NCBI RefSeq assembly: GCF_009914755.1
Contig: NC_060927.1
Length of the DNA: 64,000 nt
Direction: 5' to 3' (one strand)
Source: the human T2T-CHM13v2.0 reference genome, Homo sapiens
Shown here: positions 22,901 to 37,802 of the stretch, one piece after another
How the letters are laid out: each line of letters starts with the position of its first letter
How positions within the stretch are numbered: the stretch's first letter is position 1
Program-made: the position numbers and the translations under genes
The notes under the pieces: generated by a model
The model's database searches: none
The model's input: only the letters and a program-made list of their open reading frames with translations
Told to the model about the DNA's origin: nothing

Positions 22901-24344
22901 TCCCCTCAGCTCCATGCTCTTGCTTTGGTCTGCGCCTCCAGGCAACCATCTGTCTGGGCCCCTAGCACACGGGCCATCTGCTCTGGAGCCTATTGACAAG
23001 CACCAACTGTTCTGCGGAATCAACTGGGCAAGCTGTGCCGCAATCACACAACTTCCAGCAAAGGTCTTATTCCCAGAGGAAAGGGAATTGCCCTTCTTTC
23101 CCGATATGACATTTACCTTTCCCAGAAAAATTGACCTAGGAGCCCTCATGGTGCAGGGGCCTCCTCAGGCAAAAACCCCAGGGTTTGCTGCCCTGTTATT
23201 TGCCCTGTTGAGTTACTGGGTGTGACTGGATGCAATAGGCTTTGTTACCAATGGGGTTTAGTGCACTGGCTGTATACACTGAGTAAACTGGGCAGAATCC
23301 TCTCTTTCTTAGAGCTATGGCTTATTATATTGGCCACATCCAAGCACCTGAGAATCCTTCTTAGACCCTAAAAAATGTGCTAGAAATTGTGGCAAGTGTT
23401 GGGCACATCAAAGTGAGCTCATAGCACAGTGTGGTACTTACATAGGTTAAAAAATAATCATCAGCAGCCCTGTAAGAAACACCATAAAAGAAGTCCATTC
23501 ACAGTTCTGTAGGGGTAAAGAGAAGAAAGCCCCACCTGCCAGGGTGCAGCAGGGTGGGGCAAGGAAGCCTGCACTGAGCAAGAGATGTGGAAATGCTATG
23601 GAGGATGGGCAAGGGGGCTACCAGCAGGGCAGGGTGGAGTGTGCTGGAGACAGCCCCGCCCCTCTTTGGTTCTCTCTGCCCCCTGCCCACCAGCACCCCC
23701 ACCCTTCAGTGCCTTTGGAGATACTGAAAACTTCACCTCCTGGAGAACAGAGAACGGAGGCTGACATTTGTTGAATCTTGTTAACATGTCAGGCATAGGG
23801 CTAAGGGAATCATATGAATTAGGTCGTTTAATCCTCACAATCCTCCCAACAGTTAACTATTATTGTGATTATTATGCACATTTCATGAGGAAACAACTAA
23901 GGCTCAGGAATGACTTGTCTAATCAGGGCAGGTGACAGGGCAAGGGTTCCATTCCAGAAGTTGTGCTCTCAGCCCCTGCTGCCTGCTCTCAAGAGCCATG
24001 ATGCCACTCCGTGTGATACTCTGGGCACGCTGCTTCTTCCTCTCTTTGTCCTTTGCTCCAGTGGATTTCTTTCTACTTATCTATCCTGAAATTTGTCGAG
24101 TTCCCTGAATCTGTCGATCAGATACATCCATTATTTCTGAGACAGTCTCAGGCACTGTCACCTCACTCTACCCTCCATGTCTCAATGTCTCATATTTCTC
24201 ATGTCTGTATCCCTGGACTGCATCCTGGATCATGTATTCAGGTCTACCTGGCAGCTCAGGAATTCTCTCTTCAGGAATATTAAATTTGCGGTTAAATCCA
24301 CGAATTGAGTTTTCCATTTCATTAATTTGTGGGGGGTTTTTTTG

Positions 24345-24667
24345 TTTTTTGTTTTTTGGGATTTGTTTTGTTTTGTTTTGTTTTTATTTGAGACAGGGTC
24401 TCACTCTGTCACCCAGGCTGGAGTGCAGTGGTGCAATCTCGGCTCACTGCAACCTCTGCCTCCTGGGCTCAAGTGATCCTCCCATCTCAACCTCCTGAGT
24501 AACTGGGACTACAGGTGCATGCCACCATGCCTGGCTAATTTTTGTATTTTTTGTAGTGACAGGGTTTTGCCATGTTGCCCAGTCTGATCTCAAACTCCTG
24601 GGCTCAAGCGATTCACCCACCTCGGCCTCCCAAAGTCCTGGGATGGCATGAGCCACCACACCCTGCC
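24345..24667 (-). mobile_element. Alu (AluJ-like) within old L1 fragments
   Basis: Antisense Alu with (TTTTG)n tail. Confidence 0.93.
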
Positions 24668-25716
24668 TTTGTTTCATTAATCTGATTGTTCATTTTTATA
24701 CATCCCATTTAGCTCTTTTTCCAATCTGCTTTTTCTTTACTCTGGTTTTCAACCTTGCTTTATTTTCTAGAAACCATAGTAAACACACATATTTTATCCT
24801 GCAACTTTTTGTTCCAATATCTGAGGTCTGCCGTTGGGTACGATCTTATGGTCTATTTGTTCAGGCTAGCTGGTGGTAAAGACTTTTCAGAAGAAACAAA
24901 AATTCTTTCTCTGCTGTCACTCAGCGCCCAGGTTTAAGACAAGCAATCATCCTTGCAGTCCCCAGGGCAGGCACTAGCTCACATTGCATGAACATAGAGT
25001 GCTTTGGAGCCCCAGGTTTATAGGGGGTCTCCGGCTGGGTCCCACCTCTCCTCCCCAAAGCATCACAAGGCTGTGCCTTCAAGGCAAAAGCCAGCTGCGG
25101 TATTCCACTTACCTCTCGGGATTCCACTGTCACTGAATTTTAGGCTGGAGTGTTTTGTTTTTGTCTTTTTCTCATAAAATTTTTGTGCAGCATTTTTGGT
25201 TTTGTTCCACAGAAGGATCAATTTGGTTACCCAGTCTACCATACTATGAGACACAGATGTAGCATCTTACTACCCTGCATAAAAGAAACAACTTACAAAA
25301 ATAATGCCCAGCATCTATTATATACTTACGGAGTGCTACACTCTGGGCTGAGTCTTTTATGTCTCATCTTATGTAATCCTCACAGTAACCTTCTCAGCAA
25401 CAGCTTATAGGTAAATATATTGAGCTCAGGGAGATTATATGACTTCTGTAAGGTTACAAGCTGCAAGAAACCAGTTGCCTCACTTAAGAGGTTACTGTCC
25501 CCAACTACCCTGCTGCCTTGCTTGGGTGATGCCTTATATATACTATTTTGCACAGAGATTGCCTCTTTCAGATAATTGGAAATGTTTCTCCTTTTGTGTT
25601 GCATTTTTATTCTTAAGATACTTTCCAAATGCAAATTTAAACTAAAATATTAACATACACGTGTTAAAACCATGTACCCTGAGATTCTTTTATGTTCACA
25701 AGATTGGATCATTGTG

Positions 25717-25872
25717 GGGAGGAAGAAGAGAAGGAGGAGGAAGAAGAAGAGGAAGAGGAAGAAGAAGGAGAAGGAGAAGGAGGGGAGGGAGAGGGAGGAA
25801 GAGGAGAAGAAGGAAAAACAAAGAAAGAAAGAAAAACGAAAGGAAGGAAGGAAAGGAGGAGGAGGAGGAAGG
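25717..25872. repeat. GA-rich low-complexity (GAA/GGA)n tract
   Basis: Near-pure polypurine on +. Confidence 0.95.
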
Positions 25873-26012
25873 TGTACATGAGTGGCACTCTAAATTGGGA
25901 GTTATGGATTTTATCATTTGGGAAATTTTTGTTACATCTGGAATCAAAATATAACCAGTGCCTTAGGCTTTTCCATTGCAAGTGATAGGAAACCCAACAC
26001 AAACTAACTAAC

Positions 26013-26013
<1 letters not shown>

Positions 26014-26060
<47 letters not shown>
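26014..26060. repeat. (TA)n(CA)n microsatellite in MLT1-like sequence
   Basis: Direct reading. Confidence 0.95.
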
Positions 26061-26064
<4 letters not shown>

Positions 26065-27179
26065 CAATCCAAAGCAGATTTAACATGGCTGGATGCAAGA
26101 ACTCAAAACTTTGAGCAATCTCCTCTCCCTATCTCTCTGTTTTCCCTCATGCTAGCTTTATTCTCATGCAGGTTCTTCCTGTGTCTGGGAAAACTTGAAT
26201 ACCAGAGGACCCAGGATGGCACGCCCCATCTACTGGCCAGCTTAAGTCCCCTGCCCTATACCCTGCCTGCTGCACGTAATCAGCACCATGCCCTGCTTTA
26301 ATTGGCTGAGTCTTTATCAAATGACGTCTATTGTAACTAAAAAATAATAATTCCTTAACTTGCTTGATTTGTTAACAAGTAAAAACTGCAGCCCTGAAAA
26401 TCTCCAATATAATTTAATGAGTTCCTTCCAACCAGAGTGACAAATTGAAGAATCTGATTTATACTTTCAATTGAAAAGTGAAATTGGGAACTCATTCTGT
26501 GAGGGACACAGTGGTGGATCAGGCTCCTATCTTCTAGCTTCCTCACCTGACACAGCAGAATGCCACCCCACCTTTCTTTAAGCCCTCAGATTGCTACCTG
26601 ACCTGAAGGGGGCTGACTACGGTTATCATGGGAAGAGAGTGAAGGATTTCTGGAAACACAAGACCAATGGCCAGGCTTTCTGTGTAGAATGAAGGGCCAT
26701 ATCCCTACAGACCTAGAAGACCTTTACATTTACAAAGTATCACATGCCCACAATTTTTTTGGATGCTTACAAGAGTGGACCTAGAAAAAAGCACAACAAG
26801 TGCTCTTAGATCCATTTGACAGATGTGGAGAGTTGGCACAAGCAGGACCACAGAGCCACAAATCGGGGAGCCAGGCCTTGAACCCGCAACCCAAACCCTG
26901 TGCTTGCAATCATTGAGTCCTTCTCCTCTGCTGATGGGCCCACACTGTTTGCACCCCCTTGCTACCACCATACACACATACACCCCCATGCCCCGGAGCC
27001 CTAAGCTTCAGATCAACAGGTGCAGGTGCCAGAACTACCCAAGGTTGGGATTATCTGGGGGCAGGGGATCTCCCCGAGGCTCCGCATGTCCAGCCACACA
27101 GGCAACTGCCTTCATTCATACTCCTACCCCCTTCAGGGTGAGACACAGAGAAGACGAAGTAATTAGGCTATGCATGCTG

Positions 27180-27600
27180 ATTCCAGCTCCAAGGATAGGA
27201 AGTGATCACTCAGGCCTAGCCAATCAGTGACAGAGATAGGATAAGACCCCAGCCAGTGGCAGCCCTGGGCCTTGGAGGCTGGAATCATTTTAAAGTGAGC
27301 TGTCTCTTCCTGTCATGGCTAACTGTAAGGATTTGTGAGCCTGGAGCTGTGATCACTTTTTCCATCATGGAGAAAGGGCCTGCCTGTATGTGAGGCCAAT
27401 AGAAAGGAAAACAGCAAGAGATGGAGGAAAAAGACTGACACCTGATGACATGATGTTGAACCTTTGGATCCAGCAAACTAAAGCCAGGAAATCTCCTTGT
27501 ACTTGCCAGTTACTTGGGACAATAAATTCCCATTTTGTGTGGAAGCAGGTTTGAAAGAGTTTTCTGTCACTCACAACCAAAGACACCCAAATGATAACAG
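27180..27600 (+). mobile_element. MLT1 (J/K-like) LTR
   Basis: AATAAATTCCCATTTTG...GTTTTCTGTCACTCACAACCAAAGA. Confidence 0.7.
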
Positions 27601-27699
27601 TTTTGTTCCCTCCCCAGCCTGTATGAATTACAAAGGGAGAGCTGTGCTTCACATGGAGAAATCTGGAGGACACCCTCTGACCAGGATGTCAGGTAGTGG

Positions 27700-28330
27700 G
27701 AGAGCCTGAGCTTATGTGTCCCTGATGTCATGCAGGGCACACGCAACATCACCTTGGGGCATTCTTACCAGAAACATTTAACCTCAGTAATCATGAAGAG
27801 ACAAACTGCAGAACTGAATTATAAACTGGATATTCTAAAGACTCACTGTCCACAGGACTCAGGATCATGAAGAACGGAGGGAGGTAGGGACTATACTTCA
27901 CCAGGGGAAGCCAAAGTTTCATAATAGCCAAAGACAATTCATAACAAACCTTGACTGAATTCTGGATTTAATGTTTAAAAATAGCTATCAAGGACATTTG
28001 GGGAATACCTGAGGGCATCCAAGTATGGACTATGCATTGAGTGGTGCAACTGAAATAAAATTGATATTCTTGGGTTAATAATGGTATTGAGGTTAGGAAG
28101 GCAATTGTCCTTATTTTTGGGAGACCCAACTGAAGTGTTTAAGGGTAAAATTTTATTTGTCTGCAAACAAGTGTTTTGCCAAGGTGGCTTGGCAAAAAGG
28201 AAGTGTCTGTATATATTGAAAAGAAGAGACACATGGAACAGGAGTGCCAAGATGTTCAGCCAGCAAACCTGGCCAGGGGGCAGAGAGGTGCTCATCACAC
28301 CACCCTTTTAACTTGAAAAATAAGTGAATT
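27700..28330 (+). mobile_element. L1MC-like 3' fragment
   Basis: TTGACTGAATTCTGGAT...AAGGACATTTGGGGAA...ACTGAAGTGTTTAAGGGTAAAA. Confidence 0.6.
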
Positions 28331-28344
28331 TTTTAAGAGTTTAA

Positions 28345-28560
28345 AAAAAGAACTGGGGCTCTAAAGTCAGCCAGTCCTGGCTCTACCACATCCTGGCTGT
28401 GCAACCCTGAGCACATGATTTTTCTTCTCCAGCTTCAACTCTTCCACTGCAAAATGGGGATAATAATGGAATCTACCTCATAAGCTTGTTGGGGGAATTA
28501 ACTGAGATAAATATATGTAAAATGCTTAACATAGTGCCTGACACATATTAAATGTTCAAT
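28345..28560 (+). mobile_element. MIR
   Basis: CTGCAAAATGGGGATAATAAT...AAATGCTTAACATAGTGCCTGACACATA. Confidence 0.8.
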
Positions 28561-28584
28561 ACATTGTGTTTTAAAAATAAAAAT

Positions 28585-28710
28585 AAGAAAAAGGAGGGAG
28601 GAGGGAGAAGGAAAGGGGGAAAGGTAGAAGAAGGAGGAGAAAAAGGAGAGGGAGAAGGAGGAGGAGGTGATGGTAAAGGGGAAGAAGAAGAGGGAGAAAA
28701 AGGAGGAACA
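28585..28710. repeat. GA-rich low-complexity tract
   Basis: Direct reading. Confidence 0.9.
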
Positions 28711-29879
28711 GAATTTGCTTCCCCTTCCCCTCTCCAACCAGTAGCATTCAGCCACCTCAATTCATGTGACATAATTTGATTATGGAAAGAACAAAAACCG
28801 AAGGAGGACGCTGCCAGGAAAGGTGGGCCGGTTTCTTACAGACAGGACAATCAAGATCAGGGGAAAGGTTTTGTCTCAAATCTCTCAGGGTAAGGTGACT
28901 ACGTTATAAAGGCCAAACATTTAGCAAAGCCTTAAACAAAAGCTGCTCGGTGACCACCACACTGACCTCCTAACTTCAAGCTTTTTTGGGAAATACCAGA
29001 GGGCAGATGACTGTCAGCTGCAGAACCACTGGCTGCTCAGCTTCCATTCCCCAGGCCTGACATCCCAGAGAAAGTCATCGGTCATGAACCTCCTTTTTCC
29101 TAAGACCACCAGCAAAGCTCAGGGGACCCCTTCTCCTACAAGCAGAGAGCACTTGAATATATATTAAGTCTGCCTTTAGCTCCAGAATATGGAAATGCAT
29201 GCACAAGGAGGACCCCACTAGCTGTTCCTGCATAGCTTGTTTTTTTTTTAAAAAAAGACCTTTTGTCAGCTATAATTCAACAGTGAGATAGAGTTGGCTG
29301 GTTCAAGTCCCAAGTTTCTTACAGAAGTCAGGAGCCCTGAATTGGGGCCCTGCTCAGCCACCTTTGACTTGGGGATATGCAGCCAGCCCTGAACGCTTGA
29401 GTCTCACTTGCTGTCACAGGGCTTAGGGCCTTAGCTGGACATCCCCAGCAGATGGATCTACATCTGTTCTACAGACATCAACAGACACTGAAGTCTATAA
29501 TTACATTTGTATTTGCATCTATAACTGTACAATATCTGTAAAAAATGCCTGGAGACAAGAAAAGTTGCTGGTCGGCCAATCCTACAGACACTCAGAAACA
29601 TCTGAGGTAGAAGGTCCCCTTTAAAACAATCTAGTTTACATGTTTCAAAATCATTTCTTGCTGTGAAGCCATTGATAAAAAAAGCAGTCTCACACAGAAT
29701 CTTTCACTACTAGCTTATCCTCCTTGCTTCCTTTCCAAGTGGCCCAGAGGGGCCATATCAGGGCTTGAGGATGATGCATCCTGTCCAGCTTGCTGTTCAC
29801 ACATGAGCAAAGCAGTCATAGGACCAGAACCAGAATCCAAGGCTTCTGGGTCCCAAAGACAGAGGGCTGGAAATAAATT

Positions 29880-30365
29880 TTGTTCACACAGCCAAAGCCA
29901 CTCCTCCCTAAAAGAACCCCAAAATTGTTTAAGTACAGGGCAGAGATTCCTTAATCTCAAAGAAGGTAGGACCTGCCCCTGGCCTATGGGTGGGTGTATG
30001 ACCCAGTTCTGGGCAGTAGGATGTAAGGAGAATTGTGCTGGGGAGGGGAGCGTCTGGCAATGGTTTCCTCTTTGGTAAAAGAGAGACAAGAAAGGAGAGG
30101 GTCCCTGTTCTAGGCAACCCTGCTTCCTCTTGGAACTCAGCTGCCTGAGGCATGATGTTTAGAGCTGCTGCCACCATTTTTTGACATAAGGAGTCTAAGG
30201 ATGGCATTGATACCAGCTCAGAGCCTGACATCACTGAGCCCCTGAGCCAATATCAGCAGCTACCTACCTCCAGACTCTTTCCTATGCAAGAAAAGCAAAG
30301 CTCTGTTGTGTGAGCCTCCTTTGGTCACTATTGTTCCTTGCTACTGAAAGCATTGCTGACTGACT
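29880..30365 (+). mobile_element. MLT1-like LTR
   Basis: GAGCTGCTGCCACCATTTT...CTACCTCCAGACT...CTGAAAGCATT.CTGACTGA. Confidence 0.6.
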
Positions 30366-30906
30366 CTAAGGATTTGTGTAAGTCTGCAACATGTTTATTT
30401 TCTAATCTAAGCATTTTCAGCTGTGGTGTTGCTTGCCTAGTTTAAAATATTCCACTGGCATCAGAAAGAAAACAGCCCTGCTTCTGTGTATTCATTGAGT
30501 GCCTGTCAGAAGCAAAGCCTGTTCGCAGCCTTGAAAAAAACCAGTTAAAGGAGGGAAGTGGAGGTGTTTACCTTTATGAACATTCTCTTTGTCACCCATG
30601 TCAAGACAAAGCCACCCTCAGCTGCCCCCAGTGCCCTGAAATGGAGAAAGACATCAGGCTGTGCCAAGAGAAATACTGTGAAGGAGCAAGCAGGGACCCA
30701 TCGCCGCCCAGAGGTCCCAGCCTGGGGGAGGCAGAAACACCGTGCCCAGTCATGAGGGGCTTATAAGCCCACATCACAAAGGGGATGAGAAAAACTTGCA
30801 GGAACCACCTCACCCCAAAGAGACCTCCATGAGGAAAGAAGGCTGAAAGGCACTAAGGAGTCAGGGTCAAGAAAAGAAGGGACATAGCCCCAGACCTATG
30901 TGGCTA

Positions 30907-30985
30907 TGGTGATCAACTGTCCCAGTTTATCTGGGACTGAGGGTTTCTCAGGATGTGGACTTTAAAAATGGGAATGTCTTGGTTG
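30907..30985 (+). mobile_element. MER94-like (hAT-Blackjack) fragment
   Basis: GGTGATCAACTGTCCCAGTTTATCTGGGACTGAGGGTTTC. Confidence 0.6.
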
Positions 30986-31961
30986 TGGAGCCTCTAAAAA
31001 AAGTTACATGAATACATGAGATACACCTGAGATAGAGCCCCCACCTCCTCACCCCTCACACAGCTGCCATGGGGAAAATAAGCAGCTGAGCAAGCCTGGC
31101 CTGCAGTTTGGGGGATTCAGGCTGAGTGGTCTTCAATCACTTATGAGGTCTAAGCGAACAGAAGTCAACCAGTAAATGAATGAATGACTCCAACTGGGTA
31201 ATTACTTATATGTATATGACACTTCTGTTTCTAATATGAAACAGAATATGATTATCTTCCAGTGACTAAAGTGTAAATTTTATCAACTGACCGACACTGG
31301 TGAATCCACCACCTCCATTGCAAGGCCCCATGGGGCAAAGGAAACACATTCGAAAACATGAATCAAAAAAAATCACACCCATCTCATACTCATACCTTTC
31401 TCCCCAGTGCCAAGGAAGAAGGGCCCATAGGAAGTACCAAGGAGAAGCCATATGGTGTTGAGAAATAGTGAAACCTTTCCTGTGGTTCAGGCCCTGGGGC
31501 CATGGTTTACACAGGTCATTTCATTGCATGCTCCTGAGAGTCCTGAGAAATGGGCACTTGTACCACCTCCCATTTTACAGAGGAAGACCCAAGGTCACAC
31601 AACTAGTAAGTAATGGCTCCTCCAGAGGTCATCCTTTTAAACACGCACTCAGCTGCTTTTATGCTCCAGAGACAGAGATATGGCTGGGTCCTGATGCTGC
31701 TTCTTAATAGCCCGTGTGACCTAGGACAAGAAACATCACTCTCCAAACCTCAGTATCCCTACGTGCAAAATGGGGCTGAAAGTGGCGCTAACCTCTTCAG
31801 GTCGTATGGAAAGTTCCTGGTCCACCACAAGCTCTCCATGAATGCCAAGGACAAGGAAGAAGAGCGCCCAGGGGTGCAGTGCGGAGCGGGTATGAGCAGG
31901 CCACACTGGCAGGTTGAGGAGGAGCCAGTAGGCAGAGGTTGAAGGGTGAGCAGGTCAGCCC

Positions 31962-32270
31962 AACAGTTCTCAAGCCTGACTGTTGAGAGTCACCTGGGGA
32001 GTCACACCCTGAACCAGCTAGATCTGAATGAACATCTGAGAGTAGGACCCGGAAGTCAGTCTTTCTACAACTCCCCAGGTGACTCCGATGTGCAGCCAGG
32101 GTGGAAAGCCATTGGCCACAGGACGTGCACACCTTGGAGGAGCACCGGTATCACCTGGGAGCTTGTTAGAAATGTAGAATCTCAGGCTCCATCCAGATTG
32201 ACTGAATCGGAATCTGCATTTAACAAGATCCCTGGGTGACTGGCATACACACTAAAGTCTAAGCATCCCT
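31962..32270. mobile_element. Two adjacent MER5A-like elements
   Basis: CAGTTCTCAA...CCCCAGGTGACTCCGATGTGCAGCCAGG and ATCACCTGGGAGCTTGTTAGAAATGTAGAATCTCAGG. Confidence 0.75.
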
Positions 32271-33529
32271 GGGCTAGCCTTTGAGTCATACAGATAAGGA
32301 AAATAAGCAAAATGCCAGGCAGGCTTTGAACCTGATTAAAATCCAAAGTGCAAGTTGGAGGGGAAATAAGGGGTGGTTATTTACAATGATCGCTCATGGA
32401 TAACCTTATCTCCTGGCGAACGCAAAGGGCAATTGTGGTAGGTCTCGGTGCGTTTAAACTTCAATGAATCTGTGATTGCAGACATTCAGGAAGTCAGGGA
32501 TTCTGCTGGCCGCCCAATGTTTGCTCATCCGCCACTGTATAGGCCAGAAGACTACATTATCTGGTGTCAACAATGCACATGCTCGGCCCTGGCCTGGGAT
32601 TAGCAGAAAAATATCAGCTTGTGTGAGGCTTTGGAATTAACACAAGGAAATAATTCCCAAAGGGCCTTTACTCACCCCGAATGAGCAGATCTTCATCTCT
32701 GGGCAAACAGGGGCCACTGAGGCAGGCTCTGAGGAGAGCAGGTGGCAGCCGGCTCCCCGGCGAGGGCATGAGTTTGCCCTCTGTGGATAAAGCAAAAGCC
32801 TATCCACAGAGACACAGAGATACTAGAAGAGACATTCCACACTTAATGGACTCTTAGAGCAGCAGTTGTCAAACTGGGGTGCCGAGTAAGGTTAGAGGAG
32901 GGCTTGTGAAAACACGGATTTCTGGGTCCCATCCCCAGAGTTTCTGACTCAACAAATCTGTCCCAGAGCCAACCACTGTAGCCAGGGGCATGGGATGTGC
33001 TGATTGGTGCAGCCTTAGGTCGCCAGCTCCAACCTTGACAAAGCCTGTTATGGTCCTTAGATATTGTTTCATCTGAAGGGTTGGCAACCTGTGTTACCCT
33101 GTGGACCCAGCCATAAGAGCTTTCTTGGGAGAAAAAGGGATCTGTAACTTCTAGAACCTGAAGAAATGATATAAACAAAAGTCTTATCAGTATTTACTAT
33201 CTCTGATAATCCCAGTGGGTTCATCCTTATTTGATAAAAGCTTAAGAGCAAATACTACATCTTCTATGGAAAGCATTCCAATAGGTGGTTCAAATATGAC
33301 GTCTCAGTTTTAAAAAGCAATTCAGTCTGGTTCAATATCCACCATTATCTCAGAATAGCTAACTCTTTTGGGTCATGGACCCTTTTGATAATCTAATCAA
33401 AGCATGGCTCTTCTCCCTGAAAAATGGACATTAACACAAACTTGCGACTACAATTTCAGGGAACCCACAGACCCCTGAATCCCTTCTTTGAACCCATCTC
33501 AGAATTTCCTAGATACAACTAAAATGGAA

Positions 33530-34970
<1,441 letters not shown>

Positions 34971-35635
34971 TAATCTTAATGCATTCATTCGCTGGATGTT
35001 TTGATGGTTCTTCATGCAACTGCCAATTAAACACACAGTGTTGCTATACAAATGTTTTTTATGACCTGAAATTAGCCTTCCACTTTCAGTAAATCCCTTC
35101 ATTCCTACGGTTAATCCCCAGAATCCATGATAATTAAGTCCCTTTCAATACAAGCTTCCGTCACTCAAATGTGCCAATTATGTTTATTATGTACCACAGG
35201 ATTGCAAATCATGATATCATTGTATTATACTGCAATAAGTGAGTCACATAAATCTGATTAAAGTAGCCTAGCCTGAGGTTTAACTCTCAGAAACAACTTA
35301 ACAACACAAGTATTCTGAAATCCAACAATACAATGTTATAATTGTGATTAAAAAAGCAATTTTAATTAAGAGTATTCTTAGGCCTCAGGGATACACATAT
35401 CATTTTTTCAGACTACAGATTATTGATTTCTGGCAAGCCAGAGAAGGAAGAAGCTTCTGCCAGCCAGATCCCAGGATTAGGGTGATTCCCTATAACCCTA
35501 GGGAAAGGGCTTTGCCTCAGCAGTAGAGTTTGGTCTCTGCAACCAGACAGACCTAAAATAAAATCCAGGCTCCTCCACTTATTAACTTATGCCACCTCTG
35601 GGTCTCCATTTTCCCATTTAGGAAAAATGGGTGCT

Positions 35636-35925
<290 letters not shown>

Positions 35926-36049
35926 CTACCTCTCTCCTCCTGCAGAGGTCAGGTTCATCTCTGCCATTCACAAACACAACTCCCAAAGTACTAGGGAATT
36001 GACTTATTGCTTTGAATGTTAGCAAAGGAAAAGACTCAAAAATGCGTCA

Positions 36050-37230
36050 TGCTTACCCTGTACACACTGTTACTCAGGGTAACTAAAAAGTTGAGGGGGA
36101 GTTTCCTTTTATAGAAGAATGTTTGCAAAAAAATGCAGAAGCAATGATGGAAATAGAACATCACCAGTTTGCAACTGCTAATGAACTAGTGGATTTGGGC
36201 ACTGAGCCTCAATAGCTGCTCACATCCCCAAAACATAGAGTGCTGGATAGTGTATGCCTCCTGATGGAAGCACGCCCACGAAGCGATCTTGCCGAAAAGC
36301 ATTGAACCAGAATCTGGTCAAGCCTCTATCAAACCACCAATTTCCAAATAACTGCAGGGGACAGAGGAACTTGCTTTATTTCATCATGAAGATGCAATCA
36401 ACAACATCCAGACCATGGAGGATTCTATAGGGGAACAACCTACTTTCTTCAACATGTAATTTTTTAAAAAAGAGAGAAAAAGAGAGATTGAAAGGGAACC
36501 TGCTGAATAAAAGAAATTTATCAACTGATTAAAATTCATGAGTCTTATTTGGATCTTAATAGAAATGAACCAACTATAAAATAAATTTGAAGTAATCTGA
36601 GAAATATGAATGCTGACTATATATAATAAGGAATTACTAAATTTAAATGAAGTAATGGCTGGTGGGTCGTGGTAGCTCACGACTGTAATCCCAGCACTTT
36701 GGGAAGCTGAGGCAGGCAGATCACTTGAGGTCAGGAGTTCAAGGCCAGCCTGGCCAACATGGTGAAACCCCGTCTCTACTAAAAATACAAAAATTAGCTG
36801 GGCATGGTGGCGCATGGCTTTAATCCCAGCTACTCAGAAGGCTGAGATGGGAGAATCACTTGAACCCAGGAGGCGGGGGTTGCAGTGAGCAGAGATCGTG
36901 CCCTTGCACTCCAGCCTGAGCGACAGAGTGAGACTCCGTCTCAATAAACAAACAAACAAACAAACAAACAAATAAATAAATAAACTGCAGTAATGGTATT
37001 GTGATTATGTTTTTAAAGATAAATATTTATCTTTTTAGATACATAATGAAATTTTTATGAATAAAATTATACACTTTCTGGGATTTGCTGCAGAATAATC
37101 TGGGAGGGCATTGGGGGAGCACATTGATATGAACTATCACTGAATGTGGTCAATATGGGGTACATGTGGGTTCATAATTTTTTCTCCAAATTGTGTATAT
37201 GTTTGAAATATTACCTAATTAAAAGTTGAA
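36050..37230 (+). mobile_element. L1MC-like 3' fragment, interrupted by an Alu
   Basis: TAAGGAATTACTAAATTT...ATGGTATTGTGATTATGTTTT...TGGGATTTGCT. Confidence 0.65.
36657..36984 (+). mobile_element. Alu (AluSx-like) with (AAAC)n tail
   Basis: Full Alu. Confidence 0.95.
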
Positions 37231-37730
37231 AAAACTCCCAAGCACTGGTGAGTAATGTAGGTTCTATTGAAGATTTGGGAACAGGATAGGGAGCTGGATT
37301 GGAAAGTGGAATGTATTCAAATGCTCCCACTGGACATCCAACCCCTCCCCACACACCTACCTCCTGACCTCCCCCTGCAGTCCAGTGTACTCCACTCAGC
37401 AAAACCGAGTCTTCCATGGAGCCCATGGAGCTTCCATGGGCAGCTTCTCAGGCCTGCCCTCTGGGGCCTCCATTCATCCTGCCACAGTGTCAAAGGGCTG
37501 ACCACAGTGGATATTCAATAAGCATCCACTCTTCTTCCAGATAGCAAAACCCATTTAGGTGTCATGATCCAATCATGAGCACATGAGTACAGGCTGAATA
37601 GACCCTAAAAGAAATAAAGGTGAAATTACCAGAAGTATGAAACAACCCAGCTCTTTGTGGGTGTAGTCCCATGGCTGCAGAATCATTTAGGAGCTTTTTA
37701 CAAATAAATATTCCAGTGCATGGGTGCAAC

Positions 37731-37753
37731 CGCGTGTGCGTGCGCGTGCGCAT

Positions 37754-37798
<45 letters not shown>
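37731..37798. repeat. Alternating purine-pyrimidine tract (CG/TG then (CA)n)
   Basis: CGCGTGTGCGTGCGCGTGCGCATGCGCACACA... Confidence 0.95.

Positions 37799-37802
<4 letters not shown>

Noticed and set aside
25661-26002. Poly-Glu/Arg/Ser ORFs in several frames (also 28498-28779)
   Set aside because: Artefacts of GA-rich low-complexity tracts that lack stop codons.
32735-32752. CTCF-like GAGCAGGTGGCAG (and TGCCACCAGGAGGG near 3390-3404)
   Set aside because: Key consensus positions are missing; too weak to call.
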